Assembly (NCBI RefSeq): GCF_009834535.1
Contig: NC_045696.1
Coordinates: forward strand, 50,780,001-50,844,000
From: Camelus ferus
Taxonomy: Eukaryota
Length of the DNA: 64,000 nt
Reading direction: 5' to 3'
The notes beneath the pieces are model-generated. The model was given only the letters and a program-made list of their open reading frames with translations. It was not told the DNA's origin and searched no databases. The translations under genes were made by a program, and so were the position numbers. Positions 53,486 through 64,000 of the stretch are shown piece by piece; position 1 is the first letter of the stretch, and the number at the start of each line of letters is the position of its first letter.

Positions 53486-53998
53486 ATCTCTCATTCTTTT
53501 CCCATAGCTCTTATCATTATCTAACCTGTCACATACTTATTTTGTTTCTTGTCTGTCTCTACACCCTCTCTCCCACTGGAGTGTTTAAGGTTCATGAGGG
53601 TAAGTATTTTTGTCTTTTTGTTCATTGCCATATTCCTAGAATCTAGAAAAAGGGCCAGCACATTGTAGACATGCTGGAAATACATAAAATGAATGAAATC
53701 AGAGTCAGACAGATAGAGGATAGATACACAAAGTTCTGTTGGGTAATTACTTGGTAACATGGAACTATTTCTACTCTATAGATGGCATAACAATAAAGGT
53801 TCATTAAAACAAGTCAGAACCACAATAGCAAAGTCAGGATATGATTTCTATCAAATTCTGAGTGAACAAACTAAGTTAAAATTTTTGTTCTTCTCTAAAA
53901 TCCAGAGTCAGAAAATATCTTTATTTCCAAGAGCCAGCACTGATATACCATATTTACAAGTGGCTTCTAGCAGAAGTTCATAATAGTAACAAGCTTAC

Positions 53999-54093
53999 CA
54001 GTCGTGGTACCCAAATAAGGGCAGTACCTCCTTGTTTGAATTTCGTCTGAAGCAAAGGAGTTTTGCTAGAAAAATCATAGAGTCTAACAGAAC
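53999..54093 (-). CDS. CFAP44: CFAP44 window exon 7 (95 nt)
   Basis: tgtag|GT TCT…CGA CTG|gtaagc; (C)[31 protein letters not shown]. Confidence 0.93.
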
Positions 54094-54619
54094 CTACAGT
54101 AAGACAGTTTTAAAAGAAAGAAGTTATATACATAAAAATATCCTTAATAACCTTGACTCACTTTATATAACAAGAAACTTAATTAAATCAACTGATAATC
54201 TAATAGCCTTTCTTTAGTCAAGTATTCATGTATACCCTCAATCAGGTACTTTATAAACATGAATATATACCATGCCATTTATATAAAGGACTTAAGCATT
54301 GGGGATTTTAGTATCAGAGGGAGTCCTGGAACCAATCCCCCATGGGTTAAAAAACAATAGCTGATTAACTAGTGGATCAATTTCACCTTGCACAGTCCAC
54401 ATAGATTCGCTACGTCAAGAAGGAAGAAAGGAGATGGAAAGAATCGTGGATAATAGTAAAACGAATGGTACTTTTGTGAGTAACTTACTGATGTGTCTTT
54501 ATTTTAATCTCTCACAATAACCAGGACTGCTGTAATTGGAGCACTCCCCTCTCTGCAAAAACTCACCTCACTTGCATCAAGAGGCTTCTGTTTGGAAAAA
54601 TTCTCAAATGCTTTAAGCA

Positions 54620-54753
54620 GGAGAGAAGCGTATAACTCAGTGGTAGAATGCATGCCTAGCATGCATGAGGTCTTGGCTTCAATCCCCAATGCCTCCATTA
54701 AAAAAATAAGTAAATCTAACTACCTCCCCCAAAACCACCTAAAAAAATTTTAA
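54620..54753 (+). mobile_element. tRNA-derived SINE (Vic-1-like)
   Basis: Perfect TSD aaatgctttaagca (54606-54619 / 54754-54767). Confidence 0.9.
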
Positions 54754-54823
54754 AAATGCTTTAAGCAAACACAGAAAAAAATGTATTGAAAACCAAAAAG
54801 GCCAAAGATGCATGTCTACTTAC

Positions 54824-54923
54824 AGTCTAAGCCAGTAGTGGCCATGAGGTAAGTGAGAGGGGAGACGGCCAAGGCTTCAATGGCTCCAGAATGGAAAGAG
54901 AAGAGGCATTCTGGATCTTGGGT
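54824..54923 (-). CDS. CFAP44: CFAP44 window exon 6 (100 nt)
   Basis: atcag|ACC CAA…TTA GAC T|gtaagt; [33 protein letters not shown]. Confidence 0.93.
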
Positions 54924-55484
54924 CTGATAATAAAAAGAGATCTAATTAGATCTCTAAGATAGAGTTAAGGTCAAGTTTAAAGAAATGCAAATAGAACCCT
55001 GTAACATGTGTGACTTTATCTGAGTAGAAATAAGAAAACATATTAAGACAGAGGGCTGAAGTTTGGAATTAGGAGAAACAGAGTACTGGCTTTGCACTCG
55101 ATGGCTGTGGTCACTTCAAATGCCAGTTTCCATTTCTCCATCAATAAAATGAGATGATGGCAACTGCCTGCCTACAAAACGGAGTAGTTGTGAGTATTAC
55201 GTGAGATAATATAAATTAAAACCCCATATGTTTATGAAAATGGTAAAGCTGTATAATGTTAGGCGTTGTCATTGCCACTTTTCTTGTAAGTTTTGTTATG
55301 AGATAGAGCCTTTTTATGTAAAATTATAAACAAGAGAAACAGAGACAATATGAACTCATTAGGATATGTTGAACGAGTTTTTGAAGGGAACAAAAATCAA
55401 ATATGGAGAAAGATAAAGTATCTTTTAGAGAAGGATAAAGATTTTTATTATGAAAATTAGAAATAAGAAAAATAGGCAACTTAC

Positions 55485-55532
55485 AATATTTGAAAAACTG
55501 AGGTCAAGCTTCCATATGCCTCCATTGGTATC
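55485..55532 (-). CDS. CFAP44: CFAP44 window exon 5 (48 nt)
   Basis: ttcag|GAT ACC…AAT ATT|gtaagt; DTNGGIWKLDLSFSNI. Confidence 0.92.
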
Positions 55533-55947
55533 CTGAAAAATTAAATTCCTAATAGTCTGTTTTATCATTTTGAACTTTTATCAAATTAAAGGAATTTTCT
55601 TTTTATCATTTAGTTAAAGGACAAACAACACTACCAGAAGTTTACATATATTTTAAAGTGTGGTTGAAATTTAACAGTAGCCACGTGCATATATCTTAGA
55701 ACACAACCACACAATAAATGAAGGGATTACATAAAACTTATCATCCGTTTAACATAACAAAAATGCGAATCGGTTTTCTGTGTATAAAGCATCAGTCAAT
55801 TAAATATCAAAATTCAGGAATTCTTCACTGAAGTATAAACAGTAGTCCTAATAGTACAGTGGACTTACAGGGACAATAAATTATGCTACTATTTTAATTT
55901 TACATCCAGATAACTTTAAAGAGCCAAGACAGAGAAGTGCATCTTAC

Positions 55948-56103
55948 CTGAGCCAACCAAAAGTTATTTCCAGTTTCATTCATTTTTATCATAGAGAAGA
56001 GTCTGACACTCTTGTCTACTTGAAGTTCATTAATGGGCTCAATCTCTAACAATCCAGTCTCATCTGTGGTATCAGCAGTGTCTATTGTCTCCAAATCCCA
56101 TAT
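55948..56103 (-). CDS. CFAP44: CFAP44 window exon 4 (156 nt)
   Basis: ataag|ATA TGG…GCT CAG|gtaaga; [31 protein letters not shown]…NNFWLAQ. Confidence 0.93.
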
Positions 56104-56156
56104 CTTATAAAATTAATAAGAAAATACTTTAATCAGTCAGAAGTTTCTGAATACAC

Positions 56157-56263
56157 TTTTTTAAATTGAAGTACAGTCAATTACAATGTGTCCCACTATA
56201 TATAAAAATAGATTTTTACAAAGTTCCTTTTCTATAGCACAGGGAACTATGTTCAATATCTTG
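56157..56263 (-). mobile_element. Very short 5'-inverted LINE-1 3' end
   Basis: 56157-56192 is the reverse of an L1 terminus, and 56193-56263 is a forward piece of the same 3' UTR (compare 28566-28770). Confidence 0.75.
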
Positions 56264-57699
56264 AATAGATATTGTCTAAGCCAAAAAAGCTCCCATTTTT
56301 TTTTCATAAGTCATTTCTTCTTGTTTTGTGAAAATTAATAATGAGCAGGTGTAATTGAAACAGCAGACAAAACCTGACCCTTGGGATTTTGCTCTGAAAT
56401 GAGAATAACTTATAATTTCCTTTGTATTTATGGAAATTAGTAAGAAAATACAGCCCTGAATAAAGCAAACTTTATTCCAAGGTTTCCCTCAGGTCTTTCT
56501 GCATATAAAGTGGCCTAAGGCATGAATAGTTCAGTCACTCACTGAGGCATATCGAGCCTTATTTTGTATAGGCCTGTGGGCCCCTGGAAAGGGGACACAG
56601 ACCTTCTTGCATAGTGATTCAAGTACTATCTTTGTTATAAGCAGTGAAAACGGATGTAGATTTTGTCTTCTTGAGAAAACGTCTCTCTTCCTCACGTGTT
56701 TAGACTGTACTATTGGGATAAGGATTGCTGTTCTTGGCACAGGACTCCAGGAGCGTGCAAGGGAGGGATGAGCGAGGCCAGTCTCACTTCATGTGGTGAC
56801 ACACTCAGAGGGGCCTCCTCTGCGAAGTGACGAAGCCCAGCCTGGATGGTTCTGCAGACCACGGTGCCATATTATCCTACACTCAACAGCTCGGACTTTG
56901 GGAGGGTTGGTGTTGCCCCACAGAGGAGCCTTGTGGGGAAGGTCCCAGATCCTAGGCTCACACTAACTCCTGGGAGTTTGAGCAGGTTTTTCCTAAAGGG
57001 TGAGAGGTAGAGATTTACAATGTAAAGAACTGAAGAGATGAAGGCAGACTGTAAAAAGGGGAGCAAACTTAGAAAGCAGTGGTGTCCATGAAGGCATCCT
57101 CTGTGAGGCAATACCTTCTTGTCTGTTGAGGTTTTCTTCCACTTGGTATTTTGATATGTTATGTCTTGGAAGGATAGTGAATATACTGTATGACATGATA
57201 AAGGATATAAAAGATTCTCAGAACAATTAGTAAAATATAACAAAAACTTAACATGGTTCAAAAAGCTGATGGTAAGAGATGTGTTTCTAATGTATTATTT
57301 ACACCATAAGTAAGCTCCATAGGAGTCAGTGTAACCAGAATGTTAAAAAAAAAAAAATTTTTTTTAAAATATGGTCTTACTTCTGATAATACTACTTCCT
57401 AAAGAATGTCCAGAGAATACAGCCTTATGAAAGGCCCCAGTAGAAATATGTACTGAGGGGACCACCAGGCAAATCAGAAGACCCCAGATTTGCCAGCAAT
57501 AGCAGGGTACGTACATACGGGTGGGTGGGTGGGGGAAGAGGTGTGACAACAGCCAGAGGGACTGGAGCAATGTCGCTGCATAGCCCACACTATGGGCAGG
57601 ACAGTGTCCACAGGCGAGGACAAGGGAGTTCACTAGCTTATGGAGCAATGGGAGGGGAACACCCATAGGCAAACCCCATCAGCTCACCTTTGCATTTCT

Positions 57700-57795
57700 T
57701 TTTTTGTTTTGTTTTTTAAACAGAGGTACTGGGAATTGAGCCCATAACCTCATGCATGTTAAGCATGCACCCTACCACTGAGCTGTACCCTCCTC
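57700..57795 (-). mobile_element. tRNA-derived SINE (Vic-1-like, short-tail form)
   Basis: TSD ctcacctttgcatttct (57683-57699) / ctcacctttgtatttct (57796-57812). Confidence 0.88.
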
Positions 57796-58229
57796 CTCAC
57801 CTTTGTATTTCTAATTGGCAAACTCAGTTAAAACAAACAAACAAAAACAGACGTTTGGCGTAATTGTCCCTAGAAAATGACCCATTCACACCATGCATTT
57901 TGGAAAGACATCTGTGTCCACCATTAATATCATGCTAAAGTGGGTATTCATTTTCTGAAGCTACTATTTCAAAAACAGAATGAAAGCTAAAAGGTCCCAT
58001 TAGAAAATTTCAGTGCTAAGATGCTGCAAGTGAATTTTGACTAAAATTTAAATATTTACTACAAGAGAAGCATTATTTAAAGTGAGTTGGCCCTGGCCCT
58101 GGGAGTAAATGACCACTGATCTCTTTCATCGCAGTGAACTTTGAGAGAAATAAAAATCTGCTAAAACCCACAAGGTGATCTGCCAGGCTTTGATGTAGGT
58201 GCTACTGTCCAAGTGTAAAGAAAACTTAC

Positions 58230-58394
58230 CCTAACACATCCATCTGACCCAATGGTGATGACTTCACCCTCGTCCAGCATTATCTGGTTAATGGGACCCT
58301 GGTGACAAGGCTTGCCTGCAGCTCGACACAGCTCGATTTTGATGTGGCCGCCTTCCCAAAGCAGCATGTTGCCCCATTCCGACCCTGAGAGCAC
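58230..58394 (-). CDS. CFAP44: CFAP44 window exon 3 (165 nt)
   Basis: gccag|GTG CTC…GTT AGG|gtaagt; [24 protein letters not shown]…TIGSDGCVR. Confidence 0.93.
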
Positions 58395-60180
58395 CTGGCA
58401 GGTGTGCGGAAAGGAGGGAAAGTGCATTAAGACAGACAAATGTGTGCATGTATGCCTCAAAGAGCAGGTGAGAATTGTTTTTAAACATTATTTTTCTTAA
58501 AAAAAAAACTGAAGTAAATAGGATAGAGAATAAGTAAATAAATATAGAAGAACTGAAGTAAATATAGGAGACTATACAGCAATATATCCTCTGGAGGTAT
58601 GAAAATCTAAGTATGCCACCATAGGCAGAAACCATGAAATTTAAGATGGAAAGATTTAGTACATAAAGAATAAAATGTTCTCTATGTCAGAAACACCATG
58701 AATGAAAGGCAGATGCATGAATGATATAAAAAATAAATTTTTACAACAAAAAAGATTATTTTTCTTGATTATGAGTAAAAAATCTTAAATATAGAAAAAT
58801 AAGAAAACACAAGCAATGAAAATTCACTCCCCCCCAGAAACAACCACTTTATCACATTTTGATGTAGTCGCTCCTAATGTTCTGCGTAGTTTTACATCAT
58901 CGTGATTAGGCTGTATGTTGCTGGTTAATTTTTCAAATATACCTACAATAGATTTCTTCATATATCTCTTAAGGATATGACCAGGAGCAGAATTACTGGG
59001 TCAAAACTTAGCGACATGTTTAAAATTCTTGATAGATGAGATTCTCCTTTTTAAGAGTGATAACATCAAATGTTATGTTTGATAAATTGTGAGGCCATTA
59101 TTGAACTCAAAAATTATAGCATAATGGTACCCAGTTTTAAACAAGGATAACCATCTTGAACCACCTCGTACTAATCCATTCAATCCAGCACTTCCCAAAA
59201 GTACATACCACCAACCCCCAGTTCTTAAGATGTTTAACTCATATTACATAATACATATTACTGATTGAGTACTGACTCCATACCAAGCACTGCTTGAGCA
59301 CTTTATATACAATAAATTATTTAATCTTGAAAACTATACTGAACTAGGTGCATTTATCAAGGATACCACGTGCAGTTGTTCAGGTTGGGCCCTTGATTTT
59401 TGCATAACAAACAGTTTTACTCATTAACACAAAGGAACCATATGGGCCAATGGAAGTCCTGACTTTTTATCCCCATTTTACAAAAAAAAAAAAAAAAAAA
59501 AAAATACTAAAGCACAGAACAGTTAAGTATCTTGCCCAAAACTACCCAGAAGTGTCAGGGTTCTAAGCCAGGCACTATGGCTCAAAAACTCCCATTCCAA
59601 CTAACACTGCCTCAGAAGACATGCTAGGGAAAGAAAAGTCAAACAAGTTTCTTTTCTCTAGGACCCCTTGGAAGCTTTAATACAGAAGTGTCCACTGGGA
59701 ATCACCAAGAGAAATTTCTAGATACACAGGAATTTGACCAGGAAAGTCTTATCTTCAGAGAAGAACATTCAGAGAAGAATGTTCCATGAAATGCCCTTTG
59801 GGGAACTCTGAGTTCTTGCCTCCCTGCTCTGCAGCCCCATTTCCCTCTCACCTAGAGTAACTTATGACCTCATTCAGTCTTTTCTACTTCTTCTGGCTAC
59901 CTATTCTTATCTATTCTACTTGTTTTATGTATTAAGCCTCAGCCCACTTGTCTTTACTTAGGCTGGTTTTCTTCTGTCCAGTAACTAATGCCACCAAAAC
60001 TCAAAGCCAACAAGGCATTCCTTTCTGAAATGTCACACTCATGTCTAGCTTTCATTTTCCATTTATCCTGAGAAAAGTCTTGGCCCTCATCACCTCTTCT
60101 TAGATAAAGCAACATCTTCCTTTCAAGCTCATCTCCTTGACTCCAGAGTTCCCTTCTTCTTTGTTTGGCATTTTGTGGAG

Positions 60181-60315
60181 ATATATATATACACATACAT
60201 ACATACATACACACACATACACACATATATATATACACACATACATACATATATGTATACACACATACACACACATACATGTGTGTGTATGTGTATGTAT
60301 ATATATATATATATA
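60181..60315. repeat. Compound (TA)/(CA)/(TACA)/(TG) microsatellite
   Basis: Directly visible alternating purine-pyrimidine tract. Confidence 0.95.
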
Positions 60316-61417
60316 ACTTCTTTCATTTGCAACCCTGCTATTCCAATGCCTAATAGTTCTTCCTGGCTGCTCAAGTTCTTGTACACAAGGACCCCACCCT
60401 ACTTCTCAATCTAATATCCCACACTTTCCCAACATGAATGCTTTATTCGAATTAATCCTCTGAGTATATGATATTCACTCCTAACTCTAAACATTTCCTT
60501 TTGTGGCTCTCTCATTTAAAATGGCTTATTTCCTCCCCTACATCTACACAAACTCTACTGAACCTTTTTAAGATAGATCTCCTACCATGTTTTTAATGGT
60601 CTATATCTTAGCTTACTTATTACAGAATTCAGAATTTGAAGCTAGAATGACTTATGATCATCTTATAGGTTTGGATATATAATTTAGTCAGCATCCAAGG
60701 TTCTTCATTTCCTCTCATACACCATGATTTCAAATTGAGAATATTCCACTAAGTAATGACTAGACCACTTGGTTCCTCAGAGTATGCTGGCATTTACTTA
60801 TATCTGAGATGATCACAAGTAATACTATATAACTCATCCTAATAGGAAGCCAAATACAATATTAATGGAGAACTGACCCTATAGGCAATATGCCTATAAA
60901 TTACATAAGAAGCAATTAACAATATTAAAGAATAAACTAACAGATTAAAATTGCAGTGTTGCAGATGTTATTATAAAATTGTTCGGTCTTTCTGAATAAT
61001 AATCTGACAATAAAAACAAAAGCCACAAGACTGTATATAACCTTTGATGCAGTAAGTCCTCTTGGAGTATCATGGCAAAGGAGGAGAAGGAAAAGATAAA
61101 CTTCACAAACATTGCAACTCCATGACATAATTAAAAGCGACAGGTACGTCACTATGTTAATATTTGAAAGTGCTTGCATACTTGATGTGTGCATAATACT
61201 TAGTAAAAACAGAATGAAATGTACATGTTGATTATGATAATTTCACAGAATTAAAATTGATCATCTAAAGAGGCAAAATTAAATGCTTATTATATTTACA
61301 ATCATAGTATCTGTTACTGCCAATATTGGCAGTGCTTTTTAGACTGTGTGATGTGCTTTCATATATGTATATCACTTGAAAACAATTTTATTATTACAGA
61401 ATAGTGGCTATATTCAC

Positions 61418-61532
61418 CTTCCCATCTGGGAGCTCCATATAACCTTCTATATCAGTAGTGGCTGTTTTACCAAATCGACCCAAGAAACCCTGAAGCTTGA
61501 GGCCAGTGAATGTTAGAGCCATTTCCCAGAAC
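61418..61532 (-). CDS. CFAP44: CFAP44 window exon 2 (115 nt)
   Basis: tgcag|G TTC TGG…GGG AAG|gtgaat; [38 protein letters not shown]. Confidence 0.93.
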
Positions 61533-61787
61533 CTGCAAACAAATAAGAGACTGAATGTACCTCAGAGAAGTTTTATTTACTTTAATTTTAGCGTCACTTG
61601 GACATTTACATATTTCAGAGTCACATATTATTTCATTTATTCATTCATCCAACTAACATGTATTATCAACTACCTGTCAGGCAAAGTTCTAGGCAATATG
61701 AATTCAGCATTGAGCAAAATAGACCAAAAAAAAAAAAAAAAAAAAAACCCCAAAATTCCCTGCCTTTGTAAATCTTATATTTTAAAG

Positions 61788-62180
61788 TTGTGTTGTCCTA
61801 TGCAATAGCCACAAGTTTGATCATTTTAATTTAAAATAACATTAAGTAAAATTTAAAAATTGGTCTGTCATTCAGACCAGCCAGTTGAAAGTTTTCAATA
61901 GCTACATGTGGCTAGAGTCCAGTAGATGGGACAGCACAGAACATTCCCACCCTGGAAGAAGGTTCTACTGCACAGTACTGCTTTAGAGGATGTGAAGGTT
62001 TTCACAAAAATTCTAACTTACTCGCTGTGTAACTTTGAGTAATTTTTTTGATCACACTATGCCTTCACTCTCTCTTGTATAAAATGAGAATATTAGTAGC
62101 ACCAACCTTGTAAAACTGTTGAAAAACTCTTAGAACAGTGCCTAGCACATAAAAGCAATCAATAAATGTTAGTATTGCTA
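61788..62180. mobile_element. MER3-like hAT-Charlie fossil (~61788-61982) followed by a MIR fragment
   Basis: tagctacatgtggctag…acagcacagaacattccc…gttctactgcacagtactg, then a MIR-like tail (ttagaacagtgcctagcacataa…caataaatgttag). Confidence 0.65.
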
Positions 62181-63227
62181 ACATTTTCTTATTCGTAGCC
62201 TCAACAAATGAATAGTTAGAATGAAGAAAATCATGTAAGAAAAAATAATCTGACCTATCAACTGGATGTAAAATAGATAATGGACAATATCAACAGCCAA
62301 TAACATGAAGCCAAGAGCCTAAATGACCAATGCCCTTCTCCCAGGCTATGGCAGGTCCCCTGATCATCTGTTTCTATTTCCTCTATGTTTCTTTTATAGC
62401 ACATCACACACATCACACATTGTTCAACATTTATCTTTCCCCCAAAATATAGAGTATATAGAAAATATGCACCTTAGTAAGCGATGGGAGAAGGTAAGTT
62501 AGAATTTAATCTATAGCTAGCAGAGTTAGTGACAATTCCAAGATTTTTTAAACAGATCTGTTCAATTATTCTATATTTCAAAAAGGCCAGGTTTAAATTG
62601 GAATAAAAAGGATTTAAGGATAGTTAAAAATGTCTTTCTCATAAAGACACTGGGAATCAAGTCATGGGCACCTGGAGAGTAGTGCTTGAAGGTTCTTAAA
62701 TAAAGGACAAAATCACCCCGTCCTGAAAAAAGACCAGTGTATGATACGGTGAAAAAGACCCAAAGACCTGAAATCAAGAGTAAACTCTGCTGCCATTTAG
62801 TATTGAAGTTCCTGCATCAGAAATGATTCTCTTATAATTCTTGTTTTACAAATGAAGACTGAGTTCAGAGACAACAAGATGACTTACCCATCACACAACA
62901 TTGCTACACCACATTTAATAGTGGATCTGAAAGTTCAATATGAACTTGGACACAGCACGCTAATGTTAATACATTATACAAACCTGTAGGAAGAGAAGCC
63001 TACAAGAAGGCAGCAAGTTAAATTTAAAAGCCTTTCTTTTATCTGCACTGTCTTCAGCAATAAAATCCCCATTTCCAATTACAAAAGCTGCACAACAGTT
63101 TTTTAAAGTAACACCATAAAAAATATCCTGTTAACAACACCAGCAAAAATGTCTCCAGCTGTTTAATCCTCTTAGCAAAGACCCTTACGATAAACTACTA
63201 GCACCTGTTCTCAGTCACACAACCTAC

Positions 63228-63444
63228 TTGATGTGGCCTGATCCTGATGTAGTAAGCTGCTCGTCGTTTTCAGGATTGAAAGTAACCTTAAAAACTTCCT
63301 GGGAAAAAGCTTTTGTCCTCAGTAGGGGCTGCTCTTCTTTCCAGTTCCAGATGGTTAGTGTGTGATCGGGGTTGCCGCCAACAGAGGCCAGCAGGGTACC
63401 ATCGTAGTTAAAGTCCACGTAAGCATAGGCCAGTTCAGTCCCAT
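63228..63444 (-). CDS. CFAP44: CFAP44 window exon 1 (217 nt), WD40 region
   Basis: ctcag|AT GGG ACT…CAC ATC AA|gtaggt; [38 protein letters not shown]…SGSGHI(K). Confidence 0.93.
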
Positions 63445-64000
63445 CTGAGAGGATGAAAGGATGAATGGGAGTCTAATGCACAGGGGCAGCATTTATTTAA
63501 TTTTCAAAACCATATTATCAAAAAAAAAAAAAAAAGGGAAAAAGAGAGAGCACCCTCGGTGATGTGCACTGACGGAAGAAGACCAAGAATCCCCTAAAGA
63601 AACAATTCCAAAATCATTCACCACCATTGGCTTTAGAATGAATTACATGTATGAGTGGTGAGGATGAAGAATTTTTAATCACATTTTACATGAGGAAAAC
63701 GCTTTGAGAACATACTCCACTTTATGAAGCCAGGACAGAAAAGCATGCTAGATAGCAGAAAGAAATCAGCATTTAAAATTTGCCACTGAAAACGTCACAA
63801 AACAAAAATTAACGACTTCAGGTTACTGGTTAGGCATGTTAAGAGCTTAGACGCCGCCATTCCAGCCTAACAAGACAACTTTTTAGCTAAATAGACTGAA
63901 AAATCAACAACTCTTCCTGGATCTACAAGAGAGGGAAGGACACAGGGCAAAACGCTGCCCCCCAGACTAGAGAGACCAAAGGGTGAATACAGGGATTTAC

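Larger units (their letters stand above)
3589..63444 (-). other. CFAP44: CFAP44 (WDR52) gene, internal portion: 22 coding exons, 3828 nt / 1276 codons; gene extends beyond both window ends
   Basis: The exons chain in one open frame with GT-AG sites. The spliced translation has WD40-like repeats (…[18 protein letters not shown]…, …[14 protein letters not shown]…, …[14 protein letters not shown]…), then an acidic tract and long coiled coils. It is recognised as CFAP44 from memory of the human protein. Confidence 0.95.

Noticed and set aside
56990..57365. Possible processed pseudogene ending in an A13 run
   Set aside because: There is no recognisable ORF, no AATAAA at the right distance and no TSD. 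The A run abuts a T run and looks like a simple homopolymer.
59954..60414. ORFs rich in Y/I/H/T/V/C (also 14088-14333)
   Set aside because: They are translations of microsatellites.
1..64000. CRISPR array, prokaryotic operon or foreign insert
   Set aside because: There are no regularly spaced repeats and no long intronless ORFs. Everything I examined fits a spliced mammalian gene plus mammalian repeats.

Overview
Mammalian genomic DNA, AT-rich and repeat-dense. The tRNA-derived SINEs resemble the camelid Vic-1 family, so the source is probably a camel, alpaca or llama (inference). The whole window lies inside one minus-strand gene, CFAP44 (WDR52), an axonemal WD40/coiled-coil protein. I traced 22 consecutive coding exons by hand, from 63444 down to 3589. 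All have GT-AG boundaries and compatible phases, giving 3828 nt (1276 codons); the start and stop codons lie outside the window. The introns contain LINE-1 fragments (mostly antisense to the gene), L2 and MIR remnants, MLT1 LTRs, DNA-transposon fossils, seven SINEs with target-site duplications, and microsatellites. I found no evidence of a new multi-gene system. The best leads are: (1) an exon whose first bases rebuild the upstream 5' splice site; (2) an intron read-through that ends VSLK-stop on top of AATAAA; (3) possible internal promoter and cryptic splice signals before the large coiled-coil exon; (4) inverted SINE pairs flanking exons; (5) two old L1 copies that share a non-canonical 3' end; (6) a ~107-bp 5'-inverted L1. 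Gene and repeat family names come from recognition, not from a database search.
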